Positions 36,307-46,435 of a stretch of 64,000 nt of DNA are shown piece after piece (the first letter of the stretch is position 1; each line of letters begins with the position of its first letter). The notes below the pieces were generated by a model, which was not told the DNA's origin, made no database searches, and saw only the letters and a list, made by a program, of their open reading frames with translations. The DNA lies in the IMG/VR virus record IMGVR_UViG_2765235901_000002, positions 7,161 through 71,160 of that record, one strand, 5' to 3'. The position numbers were made by a program, and so were the translations under genes. Source of the stretch: a virus (taxonomy: Duplodnaviria > Caudoviricetes).

Positions 36307-36870
36307 GTGAGCACTTACGTAGATCCGGAGAAGGCGTATGTCTGGCAGGACGGCGACGCTTTCCGCGCCCCTGCAGGCACCCTCATCCCAGCGAACCCGT
36401 TCGCCCCTTCCCCTTCCACTGGTACTGGCACCCCGGTCGTGTGGGATCCGTTCGGTGGCATCGAGGCCGGGTTCGAGCAGAACCCGTCCCAGGACACCAA
36501 GGAACTGAACATCTGGAACAACCGCAAGTCGGCGTACAAGCTGGCCCGCGGACCTCGTTCCGACCGTTTCAAGATGAAGCCCGTCGACTACTCCAAGGCC
36601 ACCGTCTCCACGGTGCTGCAGGGTGGCGCGATCACGCAGGTCGGTTCCACCGACGTGTTCCGTTGGGATGTCGGCGATTCCGAGGAATTCGCGATCCTGC
36701 TCCGCTTGTACGACGACGAGGATTCGCTGGTTCTGTACTGCTCGCGGGTCACCCTGTTCACCCCTCCGGCGCGAAATCTGGGTGGCGACAAGATCGACGG
36801 CTGGGACATGGAACTCCTGGCCCTGTCCGAGGTCGTCCCGTACACGAACACCAACCCGCTCGCTATCTGA
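36307..36870 (+). CDS. major tail protein
   Basis: RBS AAGGAGG; DPEKAYVWQDGDAFRAP...; synteny. Confidence 0.85.
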   Translation: MSTYVDPEKAYVWQDGDAFRAPAGTLIPANPFAPSPSTGTGTPVVWDPFGGIEAGFEQNPSQDTKELNIWNNRKSAYKLARGPRSDRFKMKPVDYSKATVSTVLQGGAITQVGSTDVFRWDVGDSEEFAILLRLYDDEDSLVLYCSRVTLFTPPARNLGGDKIDGWDMELLALSEVVPYTNTNPLAI

Positions 36871-36885
36871 GCTTAGGAATCAATC

Positions 36886-37266
36886 ATGCCGAGCACCCCA
36901 CGTAAGTCCACGGCCCGTCCGGCTCAGCGCGATGCTGAGCCGGCGGCAACGGTCGAGCGACTCGATCTGTTGGATTGCCTTGCCACCGAACCCTTGCCAC
37001 CTCTCGAGGTGACGTTGCTCGGTGTCGACGCTGACATCAGGCGGGAGTTCACAGGTAAGGAATCGGTTCGATTCTTTCAGCTGCTGAACGCCGGTAAGCA
37101 TCTGTCGATGCTGCAGTTGATCGTCGGTGACGACGCCGGCGCGGCGTTGTGGGAAAAGGTTTCCCCGCCCGTCCCTCCGGCTCATGCTGCGAAGGTCATC
37201 AACCGGATCGTGAACCTGTCGACTCTCGCCGAGGGGGAAATTCTAGCGCCCTTGCCTACCTCCTGA
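36886..37266 (+). CDS. tail assembly chaperone (short form)
   Basis: Between major tail and tape measure genes. Confidence 0.85.
   Translation: MPSTPRKSTARPAQRDAEPAATVERLDLLDCLATEPLPPLEVTLLGVDADIRREFTGKESVRFFQLLNAGKHLSMLQLIVGDDAGAALWEKVSPPVPPAHAAKVINRIVNLSTLAEGEILAPLPTS
37233..37239 (+). other. programmed -1 frameshift slippery site GGGGGAA
   Basis: GAG GGG GAA in frame 0; the -1 frame stays open to 37688. Confidence 0.85.
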
Positions 37267-37688
37267 CCGAGGATGGCCAGGGCGCAGCATTCGCAGGATT
37301 CCGGAAACATTTCGGGATGGGCCTCGCAGACGGGTTAGCTCTTCCGCATCGCGAGTTCACGTCACTGCTGCGGTCGGTATTCGACTGGGATGCGCAGTCC
37401 CGGTTCGATTCCGAGAATATCGCGATGCTCGTCGACCGTGACGACTTCTGGCTCCACTCGGAGTACCGGCAGTGGATCACGGACCCGAACGATCCTGAGG
37501 TGAAGAAGCAGCGTGAGCAGGCAGCGAAGCCTCCACCGGACCCGCTGATCCCTCCTGTCGGGCAACGACTGGAACGCAATTCTTCCGCCTTGTGGGAGGA
37601 CTACGCCCGCAAGGTGAAGAAGTACAGCAGCGTCGAGAAGAAGAAGATCCCGCTCAGTGAGCTCGGGAAGATGTGGCAGATCGGCTGA
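37233..37688 (+). CDS. tail assembly chaperone, frameshifted C-terminal extension
   Basis: -1 frame GGNSSALAYLLTEDG...WQIG. Confidence 0.8.
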   Translation, partial: GGNSSALAYLLTEDGQGAAFAGFRKHFGMGLADGLALPHREFTSLLRSVFDWDAQSRFDSENIAMLVDRDDFWLHSEYRQWITDPNDPEVKKQREQAAKPPPDPLIPPVGQRLERNSSALWEDYARKVKKYSSVEKKKIPLSELGKMWQIG

Positions 37689-37714
37689 CCGACAATTGAA
37701 TTCGACCATCGGAG

Positions 37715-40700
37715 GTGAGTCCCATAGCCGGTGGACGGATAGATATCGAGGTGGGCGCTGATCTATCAGCCCTCAACAGTGAGGTGCAGTCCGGTGCAGA
37801 TTCTGCCGCGGACACCCTCCAGGGGCTGATCGGTAAGGTCGCTCAGTTCGCTGCCGTCGCCGGGGTCGGGTTGTCGTTCGCGTCGGTCATCGAGACCGGC
37901 AACGAATTCACTCGCACCCTCAACAGCCTGTCCGGTGTTACCGGTGCCACGGCCGCTGAGATGGACACGCTCAAAGCGAAGTCGATGGAGCTCGGCAACG
38001 ACGTCGATCTGTCGGCGACGTCCGCGAACGATGCTGCGTCCGCGATGTTGGAGTTGTCGAAGGGCGGCTTCACTGTCGAGCAGTCGATGGAGGCCGCGAA
38101 GGGCACTCTGCAGCTGGCGGCGGCAGCTCAGATCGATGCTGCGGAGGCGGCGACTATTCAGTCGCAGGCACTGCAGGCGTTCGGCCTGGACGCATCGTAT
38201 GCCGCCACTGCGTCGGATGTGTTGGCGAACGCCGCGAACGCGTCGTCGGCGGAAATCACCGACATCGCATCGGGTCTCGCCCAGTCGGGTGCTGTTGCGA
38301 ACCAGTTCGGTCTGTCGATCGAGGACACGTCTGCGACGTTGGGCATGCTCGCCAACGCGGGCATCACCGGATCCGATGCCGGCACCCTGCTGAAGTCGAC
38401 ACTGCTGTCTCTGACAGACACGTCGAAGCCTGCCCAGGGGGCGATGGAGACTCTCGGTCTCACTGTCTATGACGCGCAGGGCCAGTTCGTCGGCATGGAG
38501 TCGCTGATCGGGCAACTGCAGACCGCGTCCCAGAACCTGACACCTGAGCTATATCAGCAGGCGACCGCAACCCTGTTGGGGTCGGATGCGATGCGTCTCG
38601 GTGGTGTCGCCGCCGAGCAGGGTGCCGCCGGGTTCAACTCGATGCGCGCCGCGGTCGGTGAGCAGGGCGCTGCTGCAGCGTTGGCTGCTGCCCAGAACCA
38701 GGGACTCCCTGGCGTTTTCGAGCGGATGGGGAACACGTCGGAGCGGTTGCAGCTGCAGCTCTACGACTTGATCGACGGACCTCTGACATCCCTCGGAACT
38801 GCGGTCGTCGACCTCGCCGACAATGCGCTCGACAACTTCGATGGTGTCGTCGCGAACGCACAGACGTCGATGACTGGTCTCGGTGGCACCTTGTCGAATG
38901 TTGCTCTGTCCGACTTCCCGATGTTGGAGTCGGCGTGGGGGAGTCTGTCGAATTCCGGTGAAAGCCTCGTCGGGATCGCGTCCACAGCCGGGACTGCCCT
39001 CCTGGATCTCGGTGAAGGCGCACTCGTGTCGGGTGGCCTGCTCGACACTCTGCAGGCCGCCGGGCAGGGTGCGTCCGCAGGCCTCTCCGGCGTGTTGAAC
39101 GTCGTCGAGCCGTTGGCGTCAGCTGCGGGATCTCTGGTGGGGGTCTTCAGCAACCTGCCGGGTCCAATCCAGACAGCAGCGTTGGCGCTGGTCGCGTTCC
39201 GTGTCGCATCGTCGGCATTCGGCACCCTGATGGCCCGCCCGACCTCCGAGTTGGGTCGATTCGGGACGGCAATCCAGAACACAGGAAGGTTCGCGCAGAA
39301 CCTCGGTCCCAATCTTCAGTCCGCCGCGGCGAATGCCCGCCAGTTCGCCACCGCTACCGGTGCAGTGGTTCAGACGACTCGCATCGGTGCAGTGTCTGTC
39401 GGTGGGTTCGGGTCGTCGATCGCAGCTCTTGGGCAACGAGCTCCGTCGATCGCCGCGATCCAATCGTCGTTCGTCGGCGCTGCTGGTGCCGCGGCGCTAG
39501 CCGGTCAGTCGCTGGCCCGCACCCAGGGTGCTCTTGCAGCCACCGGCACCGCTGTCCGCCTCGGAGCCGGTGGGTTGGCCACCGCCCTCGGTGGCCCGGT
39601 CGGTATCGCGATCACTGCTGCTGTCGTCGGCTTGTCGCTGTATGCGTCGAATCAGCGGAAGGCTGCGCAGGCAACGGAAGAGCACAAGGCCGCTATCAGT
39701 GGTCTGATCGGAAACCTCGACGCCGAGACCGGCGCACTATCCGAAGCCGGCATCAAGGCCAACGCGGAGGCACTCGCCAAAGACGGCTACATCGACAAGA
39801 TGAAGGACGCTGCGTTCACGACGCAGGAATTCACTCAGGCCACAGCGGGTTCCGTCCCCGAACTGGAGAAGGTCAACACCGCTCTGCGTGAGCAGACCCA
39901 GGCAGCCCTCGAAGGCAGTGGACCGTTCAAGGTCCGAGCTGATGCCCTCAAGGAAATGGGCATCTCCACCGATGACCTGACGCGTGCACTGATGGGTGAT
40001 GCCGACGCGCAGGATCGCGTCAACGGTGCCCTCGATACGCACAACAAGACTTCCGGTGAAGGCACCATCCGGCTGAAGGACTTCGCGGACGGGCTCGGTG
40101 AGTCCGGCACGAACGCTGTCGATCTGAGCCTCAAGCTCGGCTCGATGAACGCTGATCTGAGCGAGGCTCAGAAACAGGCGCAGCAGGCAGCTCAAGCACT
40201 GGCGGATGCCGACCCGGCTGCCCGGGATCTCGCGAAGTCGATGGACACTCTCTCGTCGTCGACCGCCTCGGCGGAAGACAAGACATCAGCCCTGAAGAAT
40301 GCTCTCGACATTCTGTCGGGCGGCGCTAAGGGATTCGACGCCGCAGTCGCCGCGGCGAACGAGCAGATCGGGCAACTCCCGGAACTGTGGGCCGCGGCAG
40401 CCGATACCGGTGCCGTCGATGCTGCCGGTAACAAGATCCTCGACTACGGCACGATCATCGACCAGACCACCGGCCGTATCAGCCTGAACACCGATGCCTC
40501 ACGTGCGTTGTCGGAGAGCATGTACGGGGTCCGCGACAACATGGCTGCCGCGGCGCAGGCCGCACAAGACTATGCGCTGAAGAACGGGCAGTCCCAGGAT
40601 CAGGCACGGCAGGCGGCGCTCGTTGCGTCGCGGGGAATCTACGACGCGTTCCTCAAGTCATCGGAGGGTGCTCGACTCGCCGGCGTCGATGTCGATGCGC

Positions 40701-42724
40701 TCGCGGCCGCGTTGGGGATTCTTCCCCCGGAGAAGCTCGTGGATCTGTTGGTCCCCAATGCCGGCGTGGTCACTGCCGAGTTGGAGAACATCAAGCGGCT
40801 GCTCGACGAGACTCCCGACAACAAAGCCATCACTGTTCAGTCGTTGTCCGACGATGCCCGTTCCAAGCTCGAGGACATCGGCATTACGGTCCGAGAGTTG
40901 CCTGATGGGCAGTTCGAGATCATCGCGCAGGATCAGGCGGCACGCGACAAGATCCGGGATCTGCTGATCCCGCAGACGTTGACGGTCACGATCGACACCG
41001 CGTTGACTGCGAAGGCTCAGAGGGACTTCAACCGCGACGGTGTGCAGGGGCCGGTCGCTCCTGTGCTGACCCCCCCAGGCAGGGCCGACGGCGGGTTCCT
41101 GCCGACGACCGGTCCGGGTACCGAGGTTGTGGATGGGTTCCTCGGTCTCATCGGCGGGATGCCTGCTGTGCGTCTCGACGGCGGGGAGGCAATCACCCGC
41201 CGGACGATGGCCCAGAAGTATCCGGCGGAGCTCGAGCAGATCAATGCGGGCACGTTCCCGAAGCTCCCCGGTTATGCGACCGGCGGTGTCATCGACGGCG
41301 TCACGGCGGCGCAGCAGTACGTCCAGGGTATGGACGGAATGGAGTACGTTCCCGGGTCTCGGGACTGCTCGTTTGTCGTGTCGGCCGCGCAGTCAATAGC
41401 GATGGGTGGAGAAGCGAAACGTCTCTACACCACCTACTCACTGCTCGACGGGATGACCGCTGGGCTGGTCGCGGGTGGATCGCCATCGGATCTGTTCGTC
41501 GTCGGAACGTCGCAGGAACACATGTCTGCGACGGTCGGTGGAATCAACATCGAGTCCGGTGGAGCAGGCGGCGGCGTGCAGTACGGCCGGACCGCCGCTG
41601 GCGCTTTCGATCCACAATTCACGAGCCTGTACCACCTTCCGCTGGAACTGATTTCACCCCCGGTCAGCGGGGATAGTTCCGCAACATCGGTCGGCGGCTA
41701 CTCGTACTCGGGTACGTCGAAGAAGGCGACGTGGGCGGAGAAGGACCAGATCGCGCTCGAGCGTGCTGTCGTCGCGGTGCAGCAGGCGGAAGAGGCCCGC
41801 GACAAAACGTTCGCGAACGGTAAGAAGTCCGAAGCGGACCGGCAGCAGGCTGTCCTGAAAATCACCGCAGCAGAGCAGAAGGTCAAGGACCTCGAAGCCA
41901 AGAAAAATGCTGCAGCGAATGGACTGGATACCCCTCCTGCCCCGCAGGCCCCGGAGCTGACAACGAACTACACCGACGACGAACTGTCGCGCCTGGATCT
42001 GGAAGCAGCTGTCGTGGAGGCGAATCGGAAACGCAACGAGGTGTATGCGGCATCCGACCCGGAATCCACCCCGGAGGAGAAGGCCGACGCGGACCGTGCG
42101 CTGCAGCGTGCCCGGAATGCGCTGACGAAGAGTAAGTCCGGTGGGTCTTCGGGAACGGGTGCGTTCACCACAGCTGATCAGTGGTCGGCCGCTCTCGGCG
42201 AGATCGTTGGGTCCGCCGTGACCGAGAACGTCGGTGATGTTCTCGGCTATTACGGGGCCGACGACATGGGTGTGGTCGGGAAGCTGGCGATGGTCGGCCT
42301 GAACGCTGCGATGAATCCCCCGGAGATGCAGATCTCACCGGAGGAAGCACAAACCCAGTTGCCGGTCACCCCGGGTGCCCCGAACTGGATCGAGGAGTTC
42401 ATGAAGGCGATGAACCCGAAGTTGTTCGACACCGGTGGCGAGTGGGCGTCGGGGACGTTGGGAGCGAACATGTCTGGTTTCTCGGAGCTGGTTCTGACCA
42501 ACGATCAGCGAAAGTATTTGGAGTCGGAGCGCAACATGATTGCAGCATTGGCAAAGGGCGGGTCGCAGGTTGCGGCCGCTGCGCCTGCAGGGGATCCGTT
42601 CGCCGGTCAGCGACCGATCACCATCAACGCCAAGGGTTACGACCGCCGAGAAGTCAAGGCCGGTGTCCGCGCAGCCCGCGTCCAGGAGCATTTCGAGGGT
42701 CTGTCTGTGCGGGTGCAGGGATGA
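37715..42724 (+). CDS. tape measure protein
   Basis: 1669 aa, Ala/Gly-rich, TP901-type segment (LGNDVDLSATSANDAA...), C-terminal peptidase-like segment. Confidence 0.95.
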   Translation: MSPIAGGRIDIEVGADLSALNSEVQSGADSAADTLQGLIGKVAQFAAVAGVGLSFASVIETGNEFTRTLNSLSGVTGATAAEMDTLKAKSMELGNDVDLSATSANDAASAMLELSKGGFTVEQSMEAAKGTLQLAAAAQIDAAEAATIQSQALQAFGLDASYAATASDVLANAANASSAEITDIASGLAQSGAVANQFGLSIEDTSATLGMLANAGITGSDAGTLLKSTLLSLTDTSKPAQGAMETLGLTVYDAQGQFVGMESLIGQLQTASQNLTPELYQQATATLLGSDAMRLGGVAAEQGAAGFNSMRAAVGEQGAAAALAAAQNQGLPGVFERMGNTSERLQLQLYDLIDGPLTSLGTAVVDLADNALDNFDGVVANAQTSMTGLGGTLSNVALSDFPMLESAWGSLSNSGESLVGIASTAGTALLDLGEGALVSGGLLDTLQAAGQGASAGLSGVLNVVEPLASAAGSLVGVFSNLPGPIQTAALALVAFRVASSAFGTLMARPTSELGRFGTAIQNTGRFAQNLGPNLQSAAANARQFATATGAVVQTTRIGAVSVGGFGSSIAALGQRAPSIAAIQSSFVGAAGAAALAGQSLARTQGALAATGTAVRLGAGGLATALGGPVGIAITAAVVGLSLYASNQRKAAQATEEHKAAISGLIGNLDAETGALSEAGIKANAEALAKDGYIDKMKDAAFTTQEFTQATAGSVPELEKVNTALREQTQAALEGSGPFKVRADALKEMGISTDDLTRALMGDADAQDRVNGALDTHNKTSGEGTIRLKDFADGLGESGTNAVDLSLKLGSMNADLSEAQKQAQQAAQALADADPAARDLAKSMDTLSSSTASAEDKTSALKNALDILSGGAKGFDAAVAAANEQIGQLPELWAAAADTGAVDAAGNKILDYGTIIDQTTGRISLNTDASRALSESMYGVRDNMAAAAQAAQDYALKNGQSQDQARQAALVASRGIYDAFLKSSEGARLAGVDVDALAAALGILPPEKLVDLLVPNAGVVTAELENIKRLLDETPDNKAITVQSLSDDARSKLEDIGITVRELPDGQFEIIAQDQAARDKIRDLLIPQTLTVTIDTALTAKAQRDFNRDGVQGPVAPVLTPPGRADGGFLPTTGPGTEVVDGFLGLIGGMPAVRLDGGEAITRRTMAQKYPAELEQINAGTFPKLPGYATGGVIDGVTAAQQYVQGMDGMEYVPGSRDCSFVVSAAQSIAMGGEAKRLYTTYSLLDGMTAGLVAGGSPSDLFVVGTSQEHMSATVGGINIESGGAGGGVQYGRTAAGAFDPQFTSLYHLPLELISPPVSGDSSATSVGGYSYSGTSKKATWAEKDQIALERAVVAVQQAEEARDKTFANGKKSEADRQQAVLKITAAEQKVKDLEAKKNAAANGLDTPPAPQAPELTTNYTDDELSRLDLEAAVVEANRKRNEVYAASDPESTPEEKADADRALQRARNALTKSKSGGSSGTGAFTTADQWSAALGEIVGSAVTENVGDVLGYYGADDMGVVGKLAMVGLNAAMNPPEMQISPEEAQTQLPVTPGAPNWIEEFMKAMNPKLFDTGGEWASGTLGANMSGFSELVLTNDQRKYLESERNMIAALAKGGSQVAAAAPAGDPFAGQRPITINAKGYDRREVKAGVRAARVQEHFEGLSVRVQG

Positions 42725-43614
42725 CATTCTTCCCTGACGGCACAGCGAATGTGACGATCGCCGGTCCGGGACCGAAAGAGTATCTCCCGGAACGGTCCTG
42801 GCTACTGTCCGAACATCACCAGGTAGCTCAGCGTGATGGAACACCACGTCCCGATGGGGGTGTGGTGATGGCGACCGGCTGGGCGGACTACGTCGAGCCG
42901 AAAGCTACCCATCAGTGGTTCAAGTCGGCTCGAGGTGACGGCGCAATCTGGTTGGGTTCGGTCGTCGAGCCTCGCGAGTTCCAGATCCCCGTGTACGTGC
43001 ATCGCACTCTGGGTCGTCCGTTCGGCGACGTGAACGACTCGTTCTGGCAGGACATCGCCTACGAGTTCCAGTCACGCCTGTTCGTGAACTCGAAGCGGCG
43101 TGGGACGTTGTTCTGCGACTTCCGGCTCGCGGACATGCCGCAGATCACCCACGACCAGGACCCCGAGTTCGAGCAGTTTCAGCCGTACCTCATTCCTGTC
43201 GTCGTGGAGCGGCCGTGGTGGTTCGGACTCACCGAGGTGTTCACGTGGGTGAACGGGCAGCCGACCGCGAAGAAGTTCATCTACAACTCCGGTGACCGGA
43301 AAGCGATGCCGATCTGGACGCTGAAGGGCCCCGGGGTATTTCAGCTCCCGGTCGGCCCCACCGGGGATGCGGTGGTGACCACACCGAACCTGCAGTCCGG
43401 GGAAGTCGTAGTCATTCACACCGACAATTCCCGCACCCCGAAGTCGAACAAACGCCAGTTCTTCTACCGCGACATGGGAGCTCAACGATTCCGAGGAATC
43501 AACGCCGTCCCCGGGCATCGGAAGTTGCCGATGACTCTGCTGCGGTGCATCGGCGGTAACGCTGCGTCGTCTGCGGTGTGTGAGATCGAACCGAAATCAC
43601 GGAGGCCGTTTTGA
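42721..43614 (+). CDS. minor tail protein (distal tail-like)
   Basis: Directly after TMP; WFKSARGDGA...YNSGDR.A.P.WTL.GPG. Confidence 0.8.
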   Translation: MTFFPDGTANVTIAGPGPKEYLPERSWLLSEHHQVAQRDGTPRPDGGVVMATGWADYVEPKATHQWFKSARGDGAIWLGSVVEPREFQIPVYVHRTLGRPFGDVNDSFWQDIAYEFQSRLFVNSKRRGTLFCDFRLADMPQITHDQDPEFEQFQPYLIPVVVERPWWFGLTEVFTWVNGQPTAKKFIYNSGDRKAMPIWTLKGPGVFQLPVGPTGDAVVTTPNLQSGEVVVIHTDNSRTPKSNKRQFFYRDMGAQRFRGINAVPGHRKLPMTLLRCIGGNAASSAVCEIEPKSRRPF

Positions 43615-45209
43615 CTGCACCCGTCATTGATGCCTCCCATGTCCCGCTCGATGCGTGGTCTGCTGCTGCGTGGCGGGAACTGCTCGACGTCCCACCGTCT
43701 CGTGGTGTCGACGCCGAGTTCGAGGTGGAACTGTTCGATTCGGAGATCAAGCCGGTAGGGATGATCGTCGACTACTCGTCGTGCCGGATCAAGTTCGTGA
43801 AGAACAAGATCGGGCCTGCGCAGATCGTCATCCCGGGGTCGTCGGAGTTCGCCGGCCAGATCATGAAGTGCGACTCGACGACAGTGTTCATTCGGGTCAC
43901 GTACAACGGCCGGAACTACGACGGTCTCGTCGACGAGGCGATCCGTAAGGGCATCAAGGGCAACAAGACCATCACGGTCAACTTGGTGGACATGCAGATC
44001 TACCTGGCCTGCATCATGGCGTACCCGATGCCGTTGCCGGGTTTCGAGGAGGTGCAGTTCCCACCGGAGGACCTGTATGTAGGTCCTCTGCGGTCGGGGA
44101 TCTACTGGTATCTGCAGCGGAATGTGTGGAGGTTGCAGTTCCGCACTGGGCAGTGCCCGATCACCCTGTTGCCGTACGACATTCTGCGTGACACCTCCGA
44201 GTGGGTGACGATGCAGGCCCGGATGGTGCCGCTCGACGAACTGTTCGAGCGGGTGTTGAAGGATTCGTCGTGCATGATCCGGATGCGGATGTGGATCAAA
44301 GGGCGTGACCCTCAACCGATGCCGGACCGGCTGACGTTGCTCGAGTCGCAGATCATCGTCGATGTCGTGGACCGCCCGAAGTCCGGTGGAGTACTCAACA
44401 CCGGGTTCATCGTCGACGGGTTGGCGAACACCATCTCGGAGACCATCGCAGATTCCATCAACGGTTTGCTCGGCGGGTTCCTGCCCGGGTTGGCGGATCT
44501 GATCTCGAAGCAGCTGAAGCAGACCGAGTTGCCGTCGTGCGTGTGGTCGGAGGATTCCGAGGGAATCATCGATGCGACTGTCACTGCGAAGGCGATGGAA
44601 GCGTATTCGGTTGTGGTGGGCGGCAAATCACCCACCTGGCTGAACAAACTCTTACAGCTCGCCATCGAGCAGGGCATCATCGCGCTCGCCACATCGGTGC
44701 TCACATTCCTGTCCATCCCGATCGGTGGCCTCGGCGGCATCATCGGCGGCGTCGCAGGGGCCCTGTCGGGGATCTTGGACGATGTGTTCCTGGCGTTCAT
44801 GAAGGCCACGAACTACAAACTCAAACGCGAGCACGGAAAGTTCGCTCGCCCAGAGAAGTTCGTCAACGGCGGTGCCGCGGGCTACACGTTCTCCAGTTTC
44901 CAGAACGCGCAACAGGGATTGTTCGACAACGCCGGCAAGCGCCGCGCGAAGGTCGAGGTTCTCGACTGGGCACCGTTCGGTGCGTTCTACGACTACGACC
45001 TGGGTCATCTTGTCGGGTGGGAGGACGAGGGGGAGACGTTCTTCGATCGGGTGGAGTCGATCGAGGTCAACGACGACCGTGATGAGCGGGTGGTTGTGCG
45101 GACTGTCATCGGTGATGACGAGCCGGAGAAGTCGCCTGGGCAGAAGTCGCAGGAGCGTATCAAGCGTTTGTTCTCGATGATCAACGCCGCCACCCTCGCA
45201 ACGAATTAG
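43611..45209 (+). CDS. minor tail protein (hub-like)
   Basis: Synteny; PF..FYDYDLGHLVG. Confidence 0.8.
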   Translation: MTAPVIDASHVPLDAWSAAAWRELLDVPPSRGVDAEFEVELFDSEIKPVGMIVDYSSCRIKFVKNKIGPAQIVIPGSSEFAGQIMKCDSTTVFIRVTYNGRNYDGLVDEAIRKGIKGNKTITVNLVDMQIYLACIMAYPMPLPGFEEVQFPPEDLYVGPLRSGIYWYLQRNVWRLQFRTGQCPITLLPYDILRDTSEWVTMQARMVPLDELFERVLKDSSCMIRMRMWIKGRDPQPMPDRLTLLESQIIVDVVDRPKSGGVLNTGFIVDGLANTISETIADSINGLLGGFLPGLADLISKQLKQTELPSCVWSEDSEGIIDATVTAKAMEAYSVVVGGKSPTWLNKLLQLAIEQGIIALATSVLTFLSIPIGGLGGIIGGVAGALSGILDDVFLAFMKATNYKLKREHGKFARPEKFVNGGAAGYTFSSFQNAQQGLFDNAGKRRAKVEVLDWAPFGAFYDYDLGHLVGWEDEGETFFDRVESIEVNDDRDERVVVRTVIGDDEPEKSPGQKSQERIKRLFSMINAATLATN

Positions 45210-45220
45210 AGGAGCGTTTC

Positions 45221-45832
45221 ATGGCTGACATCGTTCTGTCTCACAACACGACGATCATCCCGCAAGAGACTGGATATTGGTGTGGTCCTGCGTCGACGCA
45301 GGTTGCTCTCGATGTGCGGGGGATCGGGTCTACGGAAACGGATTTGGCGAAGCAGTTGGGTACGACCCGTAACGGGACGAGCCACATCGGGCTCATCATG
45401 GACCTGCTGAATCGGAATGTCGATGCGGACTATGTGACTCGCCAGATCCCCGGCAACGATGCGACGCCCGCGCAGCGTGAGCTGCTGTGGTCGGACATTC
45501 AGGCGTCGATCCTCGGCGGCTATGCGGTCGTCGTCAACGTCGTTGTGCCGCCGTCGAACTACCCGATCGGAACCCGCGGCGAGAAACCCGCGTACGGCGG
45601 CGGGACGGTCTACCACTACTTCACGGTCGTCGGATTCAATGCCGAGACCCGGGAGGTGTTCGTCGCCGACAGTGGGTTCCGGCCGTACGAGTATTGGATG
45701 TCGGTCGATCAGTTGGCGTCGTGCATCGCGGGCAAGGGGTACACGGCGACACCGAACGTCGCCCCGGTCGCTGATGCGGATGCCGCGGTCTGGGATGCGG
45801 TGTTGGTGCAGTTCATGGGTCCGGTGTCGTAA
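45221..45832 (+). CDS. lysin A, C39-like peptidase domain
   Basis: QETGYWCGPAS catalytic Cys, YHYFTV, VADSG. Confidence 0.85.
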   Translation: MADIVLSHNTTIIPQETGYWCGPASTQVALDVRGIGSTETDLAKQLGTTRNGTSHIGLIMDLLNRNVDADYVTRQIPGNDATPAQRELLWSDIQASILGGYAVVVNVVVPPSNYPIGTRGEKPAYGGGTVYHYFTVVGFNAETREVFVADSGFRPYEYWMSVDQLASCIAGKGYTATPNVAPVADADAAVWDAVLVQFMGPVS

Positions 45833-45856
45833 GAGCGAAATCCGTTGCTCCACAGG

Positions 45857-45939
45857 TAGAATCAAGCGAGGCCGCGCGGTGGTGGAACACCGAACGGCCT
45901 CTGACCCACCCATCTGATTACAGCAGAGAGGGGCTAGCA
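45857..45939 (+). promoter_or_regulatory. candidate -10 plus structured leader element (copy 2)
   Basis: TAGAAT, AAGC, stem GAGGCCG/CGGCCTC with inner CGGTG-GTGGAA-CACCG, TGACC, then RBS. Confidence 0.5.
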
Positions 45940-46434
45940 ATGAATGCTACCCAATCGTCAGAAATATGGATCGGCGTGCCCGGTTATGAGGGCCTGTACG
46001 AGGCCAGTGATCTTGGTCGCGTCCGTAGCTTGGATCGTCCAATCCGCCGCGGTCAGATCTTGAAGCAAGCAGAGACGGATCGCGGCTACCGAGTGGTCTC
46101 ACTTTCCCGGCTGGGCAAAGTCCGCCAATGGCGAGTACACCGTTTGGTGGCGTTGGCTTTCCTGGGTGAAGAAACTGCCGGTATGGAGGTATGCCACAAC
46201 AACGGCATTCCGTATGACAACCGACTCTGCAACTTGCGCTACGACAGCCACAGTAATAATCAGCGAGATCAAGCGATCCATGGCACTCACAAGAAGGCTG
46301 CACAGACGCATTGCCTGAGAGGCCACGAATTCTCCTTCGCTAACACATATGTCACAAAGTTTGGCCAGCGAAGTTGCCGAACGTGCCATCGCCACAAGGT
46401 GGCGGAACGCCGGAGAATCACAGGGAAGCGGTGA
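45940..46434 (+). CDS. NUMOD4-HNH homing endonuclease
   Basis: VPGYEGLYEASDLGRVRS, VHRLVALAF, VCHNNG...NRLCNLRY, CLRGH. Confidence 0.92.
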   Translation: MNATQSSEIWIGVPGYEGLYEASDLGRVRSLDRPIRRGQILKQAETDRGYRVVSLSRLGKVRQWRVHRLVALAFLGEETAGMEVCHNNGIPYDNRLCNLRYDSHSNNQRDQAIHGTHKKAAQTHCLRGHEFSFANTYVTKFGQRSCRTCHRHKVAERRRITGKR

Positions 46435-46435
46435 C

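Noticed and set aside
45833-46435. Group I intron carrying the HNH inside lysin A
   Set aside because: Both lysin halves have their own stop and start, the HNH fills most of the gap, and no intron core elements were recognised
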